Source: Macrostomum lignano (Eukaryota). Taken from it: a stretch of DNA of 64,000 nt. A program made the position numbers and the translations under genes. Shown one piece after another: positions 39,001 through 62,745 of the stretch. A model generated the notes under the pieces. It was not told the DNA's origin. It worked only from the letters and a program-made list of their open reading frames with translations, and did not search any database. Within the stretch, counting starts at the first letter, position 1. Each line of letters begins with the position of its first letter. The stretch spans positions 1 through 64,000 of the forward strand of contig NIVC01003052.1 of assembly GCA_002269645.1 (NCBI GenBank). Direction: 5' to 3'.

Positions 39001-39052
39001 TCCAGTCAGCAACAATCCAGTCACAACCATACGTCCAGTCAACAACCATCCA
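33014..39052. repeat. ~6-kb minisatellite (15-bp CCAGTCAGCAACCAT plus 19-bp variants) inside the Helentron, 3' of the transposase
   Basis: Direct reading. The rare variant GTCGGAAACCATCC recurs at ~35993, 37041 and 38423, showing kb-scale higher-order duplication. Confidence 0.97.
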
Positions 39053-40036
39053 ATTATTTACGATAAATTGCGTAATTTGCGTTGCAGTGGCTGCTGAATT
39101 CTCATAAGCAAAGCACTTAAAAAGCTAATGTCTGCTCGAGTTACAATTTAAATATTCTTTCCAAAAACGAACACTCTATTGAGTGGGTACTGCGCGCATG
39201 TTTGCCGTTTGGCGGTTTTGATACAAATTTGCGAAACTATTATTGCGCGCAGCACCGCCCACAAAATGTGCAGTGAAAGTCCCTAAAAGTGTGAGTAGCA
39301 TTGATTAACCTTTCACAGTGTAAAAAAATTTACAGTGTAAAAAATGGTGTAAAGTTTCCATAAAAATATCTTTGTTTTTAATTCTCATTGCACTGTGTGA
39401 GGTTAGTTAAATGCTCGACGCTTTTTGTTTTAGACACGGCAGTATTTTTCTCATATAATAGTTTACATATTTATTGATTAATTCGTTTTTTCGGAGTTTT
39501 GAAAGCTGCTGTGCCTAATTATGGATTTAGCTAAATGATCAGGCTACCTAATGTTGGGTAACTTGTATCAAATGGCAAAGCATTTCACTGCAAAGTCGCA
39601 TCCGGTGGTTTCACGTACCTGTGGGCGTTAAACTGTACATTTGAAATGCTGAATTTCTAGGAAAATCTCATTTCAAATTACAGTGAACAGAATCGGAGCG
39701 GCGAAAATTTTTTTTAACTAATTTCGTTGTTAATTGCAAGATTATTTTTCGTAAGTCCAAATGTCCAAGATATTTATTATGAGTATTATTTCTTGGACCT
39801 TAGTATATGATGTTAATTCATGTGTCTCAGTTTGATTTTTTGAGTCTATTTAATAGAACTTTGTGATTAAAAAATTAATGAATGGTAAATTATAATTAAT
39901 TAGTCACATAGGACATATGTAACTAAAATACGTAGCATCTAAGTAGTTTACAATAGTTTAACATTTTTAGGGTTTTATGTGTTGCAAAACTGTACTCAAA
40001 GAAATCAAAAATAATTTCGAAATATTGAGCAATTAA

Positions 40037-40076
40037 TGCACTTCGACCTGCTAAGGTGGCACACCTTCAATCTAGT
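40037..40076 (+). other. Helentron 3' terminus: subTIR, short stem-loop, CTAG
   Basis: TGCACTTCGACCT-GCT-AAGGTGGCACACCTT-CAAT-CTAGT. Confidence 0.82.
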
Positions 40077-41215
40077 GCTACTTAAAATTGCTGGATCAGT
40101 TGATTAGCTAATTAATTGGTGGCCCAGGTAGGCGGCGGAAGAGTTGGTGTAAGGAGGCCAGACAGCGGTCACAGCTAAGGGTTAGCGAGCCTAGGTCGAG
40201 AAGCGAAGCAAGGGGAAGGGCGAGAGCGGCTGCTGAGTGTAGTGTAAGCATATATTTAAAGGTAAACAGATAACAATAACACCCTTAATCCAAACCCCAG
40301 ACAAACAACCCCCCACGCGGCGCGTAATGTACATGTACAAATTAATCGAAAATATATCATGCAAGAATAACATACGTCAGTACATGTACATAGGTAGAAC
40401 TACTTTACGAGAAATAATAACGATATGAATGAAATACAAATAATAGAATAAATACATACGAGACTACAAAAACAAAGCAATTAACAGTAAAAAATAGCGC
40501 GATAATAATACGTACGAATATTGTTAAAATAAATGAAAGAATACAGTAGTAGTACGGTATGCATATGAAAATAAATAAATACGATACACACTTCTACGAA
40601 TCACACTGTCACAACAGAGTTATTTTAAGAAAATTGTATTCAATGTCAAATTATATTGGGAGCAGTATATAAATAGCAAAAAAGTTTATTTTACAGAATT
40701 ATTAAATTTAGAGCGTTTAAATGCATACCTAATAAACTATTAATGCATCCTCTACATTAATTATTATTAATTTGTTTTCGTAAGTCCTTACATTTTCAAT
40801 TGTGCGATTTGACTTTCGATTTTTCTTAGAACAACCTACGAAACGAAGCGATGTACGAAATTAAACCGATCAATGTCACTATATATCCTATTTATTTATT
40901 AATTAAACCGATCAAGGTCGCTGCTCGCTGTCAGGCCCGGCAATTAAATATTTAGCCATTTAATGTTTATGTTTTCGAAAAATCTGAATTACATTACATG
41001 TTTCTATTTAATTAGTTTAACATTGGCATCGTATCACAGACATACAACCTGAAAGCGAAGCTGAAACTGACAGACAGCCATCGACTCAGTTACACCGCGT
41101 TAAACAACCAACGCAACATTTTACACAAGCACGAATAAGCAGATTTGACACACCTAACTTGTTTCATATCACCTTGATGAAGGATTTGATAGATATAATT
41201 TAATAGTAGCATCCC

Positions 41216-52735
<11,520 letters not shown>

Positions 52736-53304
52736 CTGCGCCAAGTTAGCCCTACATGAGGCTCATGGCTGAATTCTTCAACTCTTCCAGCTCGATGACC
52801 AAATTTTATACTAACTCTTGCATTTTTTGTACTTGCTGAAAATTGAAAAAAACTCTTTATTTAATGTTTTTTGTACAAACATTTGGTTATGTAAGTTTTT
52901 TACCTTCCATAGATTAGCAATCCATTTTTCATTACTTTACATATTGATGAATTTTTGCTGACATAGTTCCCTGGGCTTGTAAAAATAGTTTAGAAAAAAT
53001 TGGAAGTGCTCATTAATAAAAAACATTTTTCACGCCGAAAATATTGATGCATGCTTATTCTGTACAGTAATATCGTTACAGCAACAAGATCTAATTGTAA
53101 TTTTTCAGTAGCATTCTGGTGGGTGCCGACAACTGGCTTTGAAAATATAAACAATTTGCATTCAGCATGTCGCCTGTGCAACGCTGTTAAACAAATTTCT
53201 AGGGAGGGCATTTCAAGTCAATGTACTTTAAATCATTTTGGCTATAGTGAACTGCGACTTTGATTCTGATTTTCTGTCTTCTATCTAGACCATTCTGAGA
53301 CGCT

Positions 53305-53960
53305 AGGTGAGGTGTTTTAAGATACGGGGTGAGTGTTTAAAGACACAGAGTGGGGTGTTTAAAAGATACTGGGTGGAGTGCTTGAGGATGCAGGGTACAT
53401 GTAGGTGTTTAAGGATACGGGGTACATGTAGGTGTTTAAGGATACGGGGTACATGTAGGTGTTTAAGGATACTGGGTGGGTGTTTAATAAAGATACGGTT
53501 TGGGTGTTTAAAGATACGGGGTGGGTGTTTAAAGACACTGAGTGTGGGGTGTTTAAAGATACGGGTGAATGTTGAATGATGCGGGATGGGTGTTTAAAGA
53601 TACTGGGTGGGTGTTTAAAGATACAGGGTGGGTGGTTAAAGATACGAGGTGGGTGTTTAAGGATGCATGGTAGGTGTTTAAAGATACGGGGTGAGTGTTT
53701 AAATATACGGGGTGGGTGTTTAAAGCTACGGGTGGGTGCTTAAAGACACTGGGAGTGGGGTTTTCAAGACACTGAGAGTGGGTGTTTAAAGCTACGCGGT
53801 GGGTGTTTAAAGATACGGGGTGGGTGTTTAAATATACGGGGTGGGTGTTTAAAGATACTGGGTGGGTGTTGAAAGCTACGGGTGGGTGTTAAAACATACG
53901 GCTTTACGGGGTGGGTGTTTAAACATACCAAGTGTGTTTAACTTGACGCAGGGTGGGATG
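53305..53960. repeat. Degenerate ~21-22-bp repeat (GGGTGTTTAAAGATACGGGGT), intergenic
   Basis: Direct reading. Confidence 0.88.
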
Positions 53961-54339
53961 TTTAAAGAGAGGTGGATATATAGACACTGCATGGGCGGGT
54001 GTTGAATAATTATTATAGCTCGAAGTTCGTATGATTTCGCATATTTTTTGCTCAAATGCCTTCGAGCGTAATTAATTTAACCCCGAAGAAGCTGTTGTTT
54101 ATTTTTATATTTTGAAATGTAACGTGCATCGATAAGTTCAGTTGTTCGTATCATACCGGTATGTGGTACAAGCTGTGCTTCAAAAAGAATACTAGAAGTT
54201 TTAATTTTAAATATTAACCAATGTACTTCCAAATATACTAAATCTCTTAAGGTTTGGATGTTTGCTTGCTTGTCAATATAATATTGATACTAATATACTT
54301 TGAGGTACATTTACAACTCATAGCGTTATAGCCCTTTAT

Positions 54340-56075
54340 CTGCTTGGTTGGCGCCCCTGTCTCCTAGTTGGCGCCCCTGTCTCTCAGTTGGCGCCTCTGT
54401 CTCTTGGTGGGCACCCCTGTCTCCTAGTTGGCGCCCCTGTCTCCTAGTTGGCGCCCCTGTCTCCTAGTTGGCGCCCCTGTCTCTCAGTTGGCGCCCCTGT
54501 CTCTTGGTGGGCACCCCTGTCTCCTAGTTGGCGCCCCTGTCTCTCAGTTGGCGCCCCTGTCTCTCAGTTGGCGCCTCTGTCTCTCAGTTAGCGCCCCTGT
54601 CTCTCGGTTGGCACCCCTGTCTCTTGGTCTCTTGGTGGACGCCCCTGTCTCATGGTGGGCGCCCCTGTCTCTTGGTGGGCGCCCCTGTTTCTTGTTGGAC
54701 GCCCCTGTCTCTTGTTGGACGCCCTGTCTCTCAGTTGGCGCCTCTGTCTCTCAGTTAGCGCCCCTGTCTCTCGGTTGGCACCCCTGTCTCTTGGTCTCTT
54801 GGTGGACGCCCCTGTCTCATGGTGGGCGCCCCTGTCTCTTGGTGGGCGCCCCTGTCTCTTGTTGGACGCCCCTGTCTCTTGTTGGACGCCCTGTCTCTCA
54901 GTTGGCGCCTCTGTCTCTCAGTTAGCGCCCCTGTCTCTCGGTTGGCACTCCTGTCTCTTGGTCTCTTGGTGGACGCCCCTGTCTCTTGGTGGGCGCCCCT
55001 GTCTCTTGTTGGACGCCCTGTCTCTTGGTGGACGCCCCTGTCTCTTGGTGGACGCCCCTGTCTCTTGTTGGACGCCCCTGTCTCTTGGTGGACGCCCCTG
55101 TCTCTTGTTGGACGCCCCTGTCTCTTGGTGGACGCCCCTGTCTCTTGGTCTCTTGGTGGACGCCCCTGTCTCTTGGTGGGCGCCCTTGTCTCTTGTTGGA
55201 CGCCCTGTCTCTTGGTGGACGCCCCTGTCTCTTGGTGGACGCCCCTGTCTCTTGTTGGACGCCCTGTCTCTCAGTTGGCGCCTCTGTCTCTCAGTTAGCG
55301 CCCCTGTCTCTCGGTTGGCACCCCTGTCTCTTGGTCTCTTGGTGGACGCCCCTGTCTCATGGTGGGCGCCCCTGTCTCTTGGTGGGCGCCCCTGTCTCTT
55401 GTTGGACGCCCCTGTCTCTTGTTGGACGCCCTGTCTCTCAGTTGGCGCCTCTGTCTCTCAGTTAGCGCCCCTGTCTCTCGGTTGGCACTCCTGTCTCTTG
55501 GTCTCTTGGTGGACGCCCCTGTCTCTTGGTGGGCGCCCCTGTCTCTTGTTGGACGCCCTGTCTCTTGGTGGACGCCCCTGTCTCTTGGTGGACGCCCCTG
55601 TCTCTTGTTGGACGCCCCTGTCTCTTTGTGGACGCCCCTGTCTCTTGGTCTCTTGGTGGACGCCCCTGTCTCTTGGTGGACGCCCCTGTCTCTTGGTGGG
55701 CGCCCCTGTCTCTTGTTGGACGCCCCTGTCTCTTGGTGGGCGCCCCTGTCTCTTGTTGGACGCCCTGTCTCTTGGTGGACGCCCCTGTCTCTTGGTCTCT
55801 TGGTGGACGCCCCTGTCTCTTGGTGGGCGCCCCTGTCTCTTGGTGGGCGCCCCTGTCTCTTGTTGGACGCCCTGTCTCTTGGTGGACGCCCCTGTCTCTT
55901 GGTGGACGCCCCTGTCTCTTGGTCTCTTGGTGGGCGCCCCTGTCTCTTGTTGGACGCCCCTGTCTCTTGGTGGGCGCCCCTGTCTCTTGTTGGACGCCCC
56001 TGTCTCTTGGTGGGCGCCCCTGTCTCTTGTTGGACGCCCCTGTCTCTTGGTGGACGCCCCATACCCCTGTCTCCT
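54340..56075. repeat. ~20-bp minisatellite (GGACGCCCCTGTCTCTTGGT) with higher-order blocks, downstream of the peptide GPCR
   Basis: Direct reading; blocks repeat at ~167-bp spacing in the ORF track. Confidence 0.96.
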
Positions 56076-56345
56076 AGGCCTGGGGATGCCAACGCCCAAT
56101 AGGTGGCAAACGTTGGGCTCCTGTCATTCATCCAGCTTATCTGCCTCTTTCATTTACATGCGTAGATTCTAGATACGGGGTGAGTTTCAGGGAGTTTCAG
56201 GTGTTTCAGGGAGTTTCAGGTGTGCTTCGTGTTCATGTGCTGATCTACAGGTGTACTTTAGGTAAGGACGCAGAATCAGTTTCAGGTGTTGGCGATTCCT
56301 TCCGGCAGATTAGCTTTAGCTAGGCCCGAAGCATGCAGTGCCTCA

Positions 56346-59300
56346 TCAATCAGCTCCAATTACTTTAATTTCCTCAGACAATCGATCAGGAGTACTCGCG
56401 GTCTTTGGGAGCAGCTCAACCAGCTGGAGCGTCTCCTTCCTGCGGCCCTGCTGCAGAGCCGCCGTCATCTGTCCTCTCATCGTCTGGACTGGTGGGGCGG
56501 TTCGCTGCGGCCCGAGTCTGCCCAGCAGCCTGGCGGCCACGAACTCGGGACCTTGCCTGAACAGAATCCCGCACTGCTTACGCAGCTCGGAGCTAAACAT
56601 AAACAGGAAACAAGGATTCAACAGGCTGTCAAAGTAGCCCAACGACAGCGTAATGAACTGGACGATGTGTATCCGCTCGGAGAGTTGGCGGTCTCGTTTC
56701 TCCAGCTCAACGTCGTCCCGCTGGTGCCAGACGTGCAGCCACAGCGTCAAGCTGTTGTACGGGCCCCAACAGATGATGAAGGCTGACAGCATGGCTACGA
56801 ACAGGCGGGCCGTCTGCAAACGCCTACCCTGGCGAACTACCTGCGTAGAATTTCCGGCTAAGAATTGCAACGAATTACGCAGTGAGCGAATAGTCAGGGC
56901 GCAGAATGTGGCGATCAGGATCGCTGGCACGACGTACAGGCAGACTAACAGGAACACAGTGAGGCTAACTTTCAGACCCGTGTTAGAGTCTTCGCTGCAT
57001 GATCGGATCACAAATAGGCCCAAAATCTGCGGGATTGGAGAGTGTTTTATTAGTTTAGAACCGCACGAAAAATGTACATTGGTCATTCCCCGTTCACTCC
57101 CGCCTTGACCGACCCCACGATTCTCTCTTTCTCCCCCAGTGCTGCTGAGGACCCTCTTTGATATGCAACTCTTTTTTGTAGCTCCGTGGGCCACCATAGG
57201 CGAACCACTGTACATTCGTTGAGGCAACCTCAACCTCAAAGGCAACCTCAACGAATGTACAGTGGTCCTTCTCCGTTCACTCCCGCTTTGACCAATCACG
57301 ATTCTCTCTCTCCCCCCGTGGCCTCAACGAATGTACAGTGGTCATTTCCCGTTCACTCTTGCCTTGACCGCCATTCTCTCTCCCCCGTGGCCTCAACGAA
57401 TGTACAGTGGTCATTTCCCGTTCACTCTTGCCTTGACCGCCATTCTCTCTCCCCCGTGGCCTCAACGAATGTACAGTGGTCATTTCCCGTTCACTCTTGC
57501 CTTGACCGCCATTCTCTCTCCCCCGTGGCCTCAACGAATGTACAGTGGTCATTTCCCGTTCACTCTTGCCTTGACCGCCATTCTCTCTCCCCCGTGGCCT
57601 CAACGAATGTACAGTGGTCCTTCTCCATTCTAATTACGCTAATTACGCAAATTTGTCTGGCTTTTTGGCAAAGAATTCCGACTGCACAAGAAAGGAGGGC
57701 ATATTATATACTAAGTAGTAAGAAAATGGACAAACAGCGAAAACGCCTCGATAATTACTCCCGCCTTGACCGCGCTTATCTTCCCTGCACATTGCCTTAT
57801 CAAATGTACATTTGTTCTTCCCCTGTTAACTCTTCTCTCCTAGTTGCCCTGAATTCTTTGTGCTTCTTCACCACATCAATATATTTCGCTAATTACGAGC
57901 ATAATTCGCTAAAGATTTGGCATCTAACACTAATTCCACATCTCCAAAGACAAAAACGATTCCATTCAATTCACTTAGCCACTCTCTCTACCGGTAATTG
58001 TGTTAAGCTCTTTATAACTTCGTCTGGCTTTTTGGCAAAGAATTCCGACTGCACAAGAAAGGAGGGCATCTTATATACTAAGTACTAAAGCCGTCAAAAG
58101 AAAATGGACAAACAGCTAAAACGCCTCGATAATTACTATGCCACATTTACGACATTTAGCTATTTGGGCAGGGTCAAACTTGTTTAAGTAAAGTACTAAT
58201 TAAAAATTTGGTCACACATGTGACCGCGAGGCTGCGTCTTCGACTTCGAGGCGGCATACAAATCAGATGCTAAAATCGCGCTTTCTTTTGCCTGCTTTTC
58301 TTGACGTCTTCAAGTATCAAATTGCTGCTTCCTTTTGTGTGATAACAACTGCAAGACTTTTTTGCGATGCAACGAATTGTGTTAAATATATTTCTGCTAA
58401 AGATCACTGACTCGTTACCCTTTTCCTGTGCTTCAATGAGGCGCCACTGCCATGACAAAATGTTTCTCAATGAGCTAGGATGCTGCTGACCCCCCTCCAA
58501 AGGGTCCTCAATGAGCTAGGGTGCTGCTGACCCCCCTCCAAAGGGTCCTCAATGAGCTAGGGTGCTGCTGACCCCCCTCCACAGGGTCCTCGATGAGCTA
58601 TAGGTGCTGCTGAGCCCCCTCCACAGGGTCCTCGATGAGCTATAGGTGCTGCTGACCCCCCTCCACAGGGTCCTCAATGAGCTATAGGTGCTGCTGAGCC
58701 CCCCCCTCCACAGGGTCCTCAATGAGCTATAGGTGCTGCTGACCCCCCCTCCACAGGGTCCTCAATGAGCTATAGGTGCTGCTGAGCCCCCTCCACAGGG
58801 TCCTCGATGAGCTATAGGTGCTGCTGACCCCCCTCCACAGGGTCCTCAATGAGCTATAGGTGCTGCTGAGCCCCCCCCCTCCACAGGGTCCTCAATGAGC
58901 TATAGGTGCTGCTGACCCCCCCTCCACAGGGTCCTCAATGAGATAGGTGCTGCTGGCCTTACCAATGGGTCCTCAATGCCCCGGGGTCCTCAATGCCCCG
59001 GGGTCCTCAATGCCCCGGGGTCCTCAATGCATCACAAAGACTCTGCACAACAGAAACAAAGAATCTCAATAACTCACCACCTGAGAGGTGTACTTATGCG
59101 TGACGATATTGGGCGAGCACACAGCCGCTGACAGCAGCCAGACGCAGGCAATCCAAACAGCTGTCCGTCTGACCGTCACCACAGACCTGGCACTAATTGG
59201 ATGGCAGACTACCATGTACCTGTAGAGAGCCACGGAGGCCTGCGACCAGATGCTGACAGACAGGAGACTGCCCTGTACGAACGGGACCACTTTGCACAGC

Positions 59301-60765
59301 ATGGAGTCCCAGTCCCAGTCGTTGACTAGAATCAGCTTGATTGAGTAGGGAGCGCACACGGTCAGGACCAGGATGTCAGCAATGGCTAGATTAAGCATGA
59401 AAGCATTTTTCTTAGTTCTCAAACTGTTTGAGAGGCAGATTGTGCAACAGACCAGCAAATTAGCCAGGAAACCGGCTGCTAGGAGCAGCAAAAATGTGGC
59501 GGCAATGACTGCTCCGGGCCGGTTTTGCCAGCTGATAGGCATCAGAGCCTCGAAGGAGTCGAAGCAATGCTTGATTAAATCCACAAGGATGCCACCACCC
59601 TCGGGTGAGATGCAAGGCCCGACTGGTTCATTCGAGTCATTGCGCTGATCGGCCTTCAGAGCTGTCAATCTGATGATGATCTCATCCAGGTATTCGGCCT
59701 GCGTTATTGACCGCTCTGCATTCGGTTTCAGCACGCGTCTGCTGGTGTTGTGGAACAGTGCCAACGACCAATGGCAGCAGAACCACTCGGCTGGGTTCCT
59801 GAAAAGACCCGACGGAAGGCAGACTAGTAGAGTGTCCGGGTGTCTAGTAGACTGCCATGGTGTCTAAGTAGAAAGCCAATGTGTCTAGCAGAGTGCCAGG
59901 TGTCTAGCAGAGTGCCAGGGTGTCTAGCAGAGTGCCAGGGTGTCTAGTAGAGTGCCAGGGTGTCTAGTAGAGTGCCAGGGTGTCTAGTAGAGTGCCAGGG
60001 TGTCTAGTAGAGGGCCCAGGTGTCTAGTAGAGTACCAGGGTGTCTAGTACCAGGGTGTCTAGTAGAGTATCTGGATGTCTAGTAAAATACCTGGATGTCT
60101 AGTAGAGTGTCAGGGTGTCTAGTAGAGTGCCAGGGTGTCTAGTAGAGTGCCAGGGTGTCTAGTAGAGTGTCAGGGTGTCTAGTAAAGTGTCAGGGTGTCT
60201 AGTAGAGTACCAGGGTGTCTAGTAGAGCTCCAGGGTTGTCTAGTAGAGGGCCCAGGTGTCTAGTAGAGTACCAGGATGTCTAGTACCAGGGTGTCTAGTA
60301 CCAGGGTGTCTAGTAGAGTATCTGGATGTCTAGTAAAATACCTGGATGTCTAGTAGAGTGTCAGGGTGTCTAGTAGAGTGCCAGGGTGTCTAGAAGAGTG
60401 CCAGGGTGTCTAGTAGAGTGTCAGGGTGTCTAGTAAAGTGTCAGGGTGTCTAGTAGAGTACCAGGGTGTCTAGTAGAGCTCCAGGGTTGTCTAGTAGAGT
60501 ACCTGAATGTCTAGTAGAGTGCCAGGGTGTCTAGTAGACACCCAGGGTGTCTAGTAGACACCCAGGGTGTCAAAAGTAGACTCCCAGAGTGTTAAAAGTA
60601 GAGTCCCAAGGTGTCTAGTAGAGTCTTCTAGGAGTCTAGTAGAGTAGTAGAGGGTGTCTGATGAGTGATAATCGTTTCAAATTTCTTTCAATGCTAAAAA
60701 ATCTAAAGCCAGTTAGCACAGGAAAGGTCACGAACTTACAGGCTGTCCAAGAGGCTTGTCGCCAT
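56346..60765 (-). CDS. Class A (rhodopsin-like) neuropeptide-type GPCR, 3 coding exons, ~475 aa
   Basis: Exons 60765-60740 (MATSLLDS), 59798-59078, 57026-56346; phases consistent. TM motifs GFLANLLV, NAFMLNLAIADIL, LCKVVPFVQ, ALYRYMVVCHP, VWLLS..VCSP, YVVPAILI, FIICWGP, SLLNPCFLF. The first micro-exon is less certain. Confidence 0.88.
57225..57625. repeat. 69-bp tandem repeat (4 perfect copies plus degenerate flanks) in GPCR intron 2
   Basis: Unit begins GCCTCAACGAATGTACAGTGGTCATTTCCCGTTCACTC at 57321, 57390, ... Confidence 0.93.
58465..59030. repeat. ~40-43-bp tandem repeat (TCAATGAGCTATAGGTGCTGCTGACCCCCCTCCACAGGGTCC) in GPCR intron 2
   Basis: About 12 copies, followed by 3 copies of a 17-bp derivative. 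Confidence 0.92.
59825..60660. repeat. 20-21-bp minisatellite (GTGTCTAGTAGAGTGCCAGG) in GPCR intron 1
   Basis: Direct reading. Confidence 0.94.
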
Positions 60766-61149
60766 TTTAAATATAAGAGATTTAATTTTTTTCCGTTTTC
60801 AGTTTCAATATCTTCGTAAATTTTCTTGCCTTAATAGCTCAGGTAAGGGGTGAAATTTAGATAAGGCTGAGAGCTCTCTTAATGATGAAGATCAACTGTG
60901 ATTGGCTGTCGAGATAAGCAGTGAACCAGTAAGCCATTTTGATAGCACGACCCTCATTGGCAGCCCTGACACTCACTGTGGCAGCCCTGACACTCACTGT
61001 GGCAGCCCTGACACTCACTGTAGCGGAGATTAACTTCAATTTTTATAAGTTGGCTAGAAGCGACTCTGTCAGGCAAGAATAAACTCAGCATTAAAAAAAT
61101 GGTTGCGATTTTCCTTAAATGTCCTTTGTGTGACATCGACAGCATTAAG

Positions 61150-62745
61150 AAAGTGTCTAGTAGAGTGCCCAGGTGTCTACTAGAGTGCTCAGGTGTCTAG
61201 TAGAGTGCCCAGGTGTCTAGTAGAGTGCCCAGGTGTCTAGTAGAGTACCCAGGTGTTTAGTAGAGTACCCATGCAGGTGTCTAGTAAAATGCCCAGGTGT
61301 CTAGTAGAGTACCCAGGTGTCTAGTAGAGTACTCAGGTGTCTAGTAGAGTACCCAGGTGTCTAGTAGAGTACCCAGGTGTCTAGTAGAATACCCAGGTGT
61401 CTAGTAGAGTACCCAGGGTGTCTAGTAGAGTACCCAGGTGTCTAGTAGAGTGCCAGGGTGTCTAGTAGAGTGCCCAGGTGTCTAGTAGAGTGCCCAGGTG
61501 TCTAGTAGAGTGCTCAGGTGTCTAGTAGAGTGCCCAGGTGTCTAGTAGAGTACCCAGGTGTCTAGTAAAATGCCCAGGTGTCTAGTAGAGTACCCAGGTG
61601 TCTAGTAGAGTACCAGGGTGTCTAGTAGAGTACCTGGATGTCTAGTAGAGTGCCAGGGTGTCTAGTAGAGTGCCAAGGTGTCTAGTAAAGTGTCCAGGGT
61701 GTCTAGTAGAGGGCCATATGGTGTTTAGTATAGTGCCGGGGTGTCTAGTAGAGTGCCCAGGTGTCTAGTAGAGTGCCAGGGTGTCTAGTAGAGTACCAGG
61801 GTGTCTAGTAGAGTACCTGGATGTCTAGTAGAGTGCTAGAGTGCCATATGGTGTTTAGTAGAGTGCTCAGGTATCTAGTAGAGTGCCCAGGTGTCTAGTA
61901 GAGTACCCAGGAGTCTAGTAGAGTACCCAGGTGTCTAGTAGAGTACCCAGGTGTCTAGTATAATGCCCAGGTGTCTAGTAGAGTACCCAGGTATCTAGTA
62001 GAGTACCCAGGTGTCTAGTAGAGTACCCAGGTGTCTAGTAGAGTACTCAGGTGTCTAGTAGAGTACCCAGGTGTCTAGTAGAGTACCCAGGTGTCTAGTA
62101 GAGTACCCAGGGTGTCTAGTAGAGTGTCAGGGTGTCTAGTAGAGTACCAGGGTGTCTAGTAGAGTACCTGGATGTCTAGTAGAGTGCCAGGGTGTCTAGT
62201 AGAGTGCCAAGGTGTCTAGTAAAGTGTCCAGGGTGTCTAGTAGAGGGCCATATGGTGTTTAGTATAGTGCCGGGGTGTCTAGTAGAGTGCCCAGGTGTCT
62301 AGTAGAGTGCCAGGGTGTCTAGTAGAGTACCAGGGTGTCTAGTAGAGTACCTGGATGTCTAGTAGAGTGCCAGGGTGTCTAGTAGAGTGCCATATGGTGT
62401 TTAGTAGAGTGCTCAGGTATCTAGTAGAGTGCCCAGGTGTCTAGTAGAGTACCCAGGAGTCTAGTAGAGTACCCAGGTGTCTAGTAGAGTACCCAGGTGT
62501 CTAGTATAATGCCCAGGTGTCTAGTAGAGTGCCAGGGTGTCTAGTAGAGTGCCATATGGTGTTAAGTAGAGTGCCCAGGTGTCTAGTAAAGTAAAGTGCC
62601 CAGGTATGTCTAGTAGAGTGCCAGGGTGTCTAACAGAGTGCTCAGGTATCTAGTAGAGTGCTCAGGTGTGTAGTAGAGTGCCCAGGTTTCTAGTAGAGTG
62701 TCCAGGTGTCTATAGTAGAGTGCTCAGGTGTCTAGTAGAGTGTGT
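61150..62745. repeat. Same 20-21-bp minisatellite family, upstream of the GPCR start codon
   Basis: Unit GTGTCTAGTAGAGT(A/G)CCCAG. Confidence 0.95.

Larger units (their letters stand above)
21910..40075 (+). mobile_element. Full-length Helentron/Helitron2-type rolling-circle transposon, ~18.2 kb
   Basis: Perfect 13-bp subterminal inverted repeat AGGTCGAAGTGCA (21911-21923, preceded by TT) / TGCACTTCGACCT (40037-40049). 5' long hairpin at 21924-21996; 3' stem-loop AAGGTG-GCA-CACCTT at 40053-40067 followed by CAATCTAGT. Encloses a Rep-Helicase ORF with the Helentron-type motifs FFVTLSAAD and EYQSRGSPHVH. Exact end nucleotides are uncertain by a few bases. Confidence 0.85.

Noticed and set aside
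40191-40230. TAGGTCGAGAAGCGAAGC as the Helentron 3' end
   Set aside because: Only an 8-bp direct match to the left end; the perfect 13-bp inverted match with stem-loop at 40037-40067 fits the known architecture much better.
54428-56172. Cys/Trp-rich or RGD-like repeat proteins on both strands
   Set aside because: Translations of the 20-bp minisatellite in many frames.
57277-57633. CRISPR-like or protein-repeat array (69 bp)
   Set aside because: Identical contiguous units without spacers, located in a GPCR intron.
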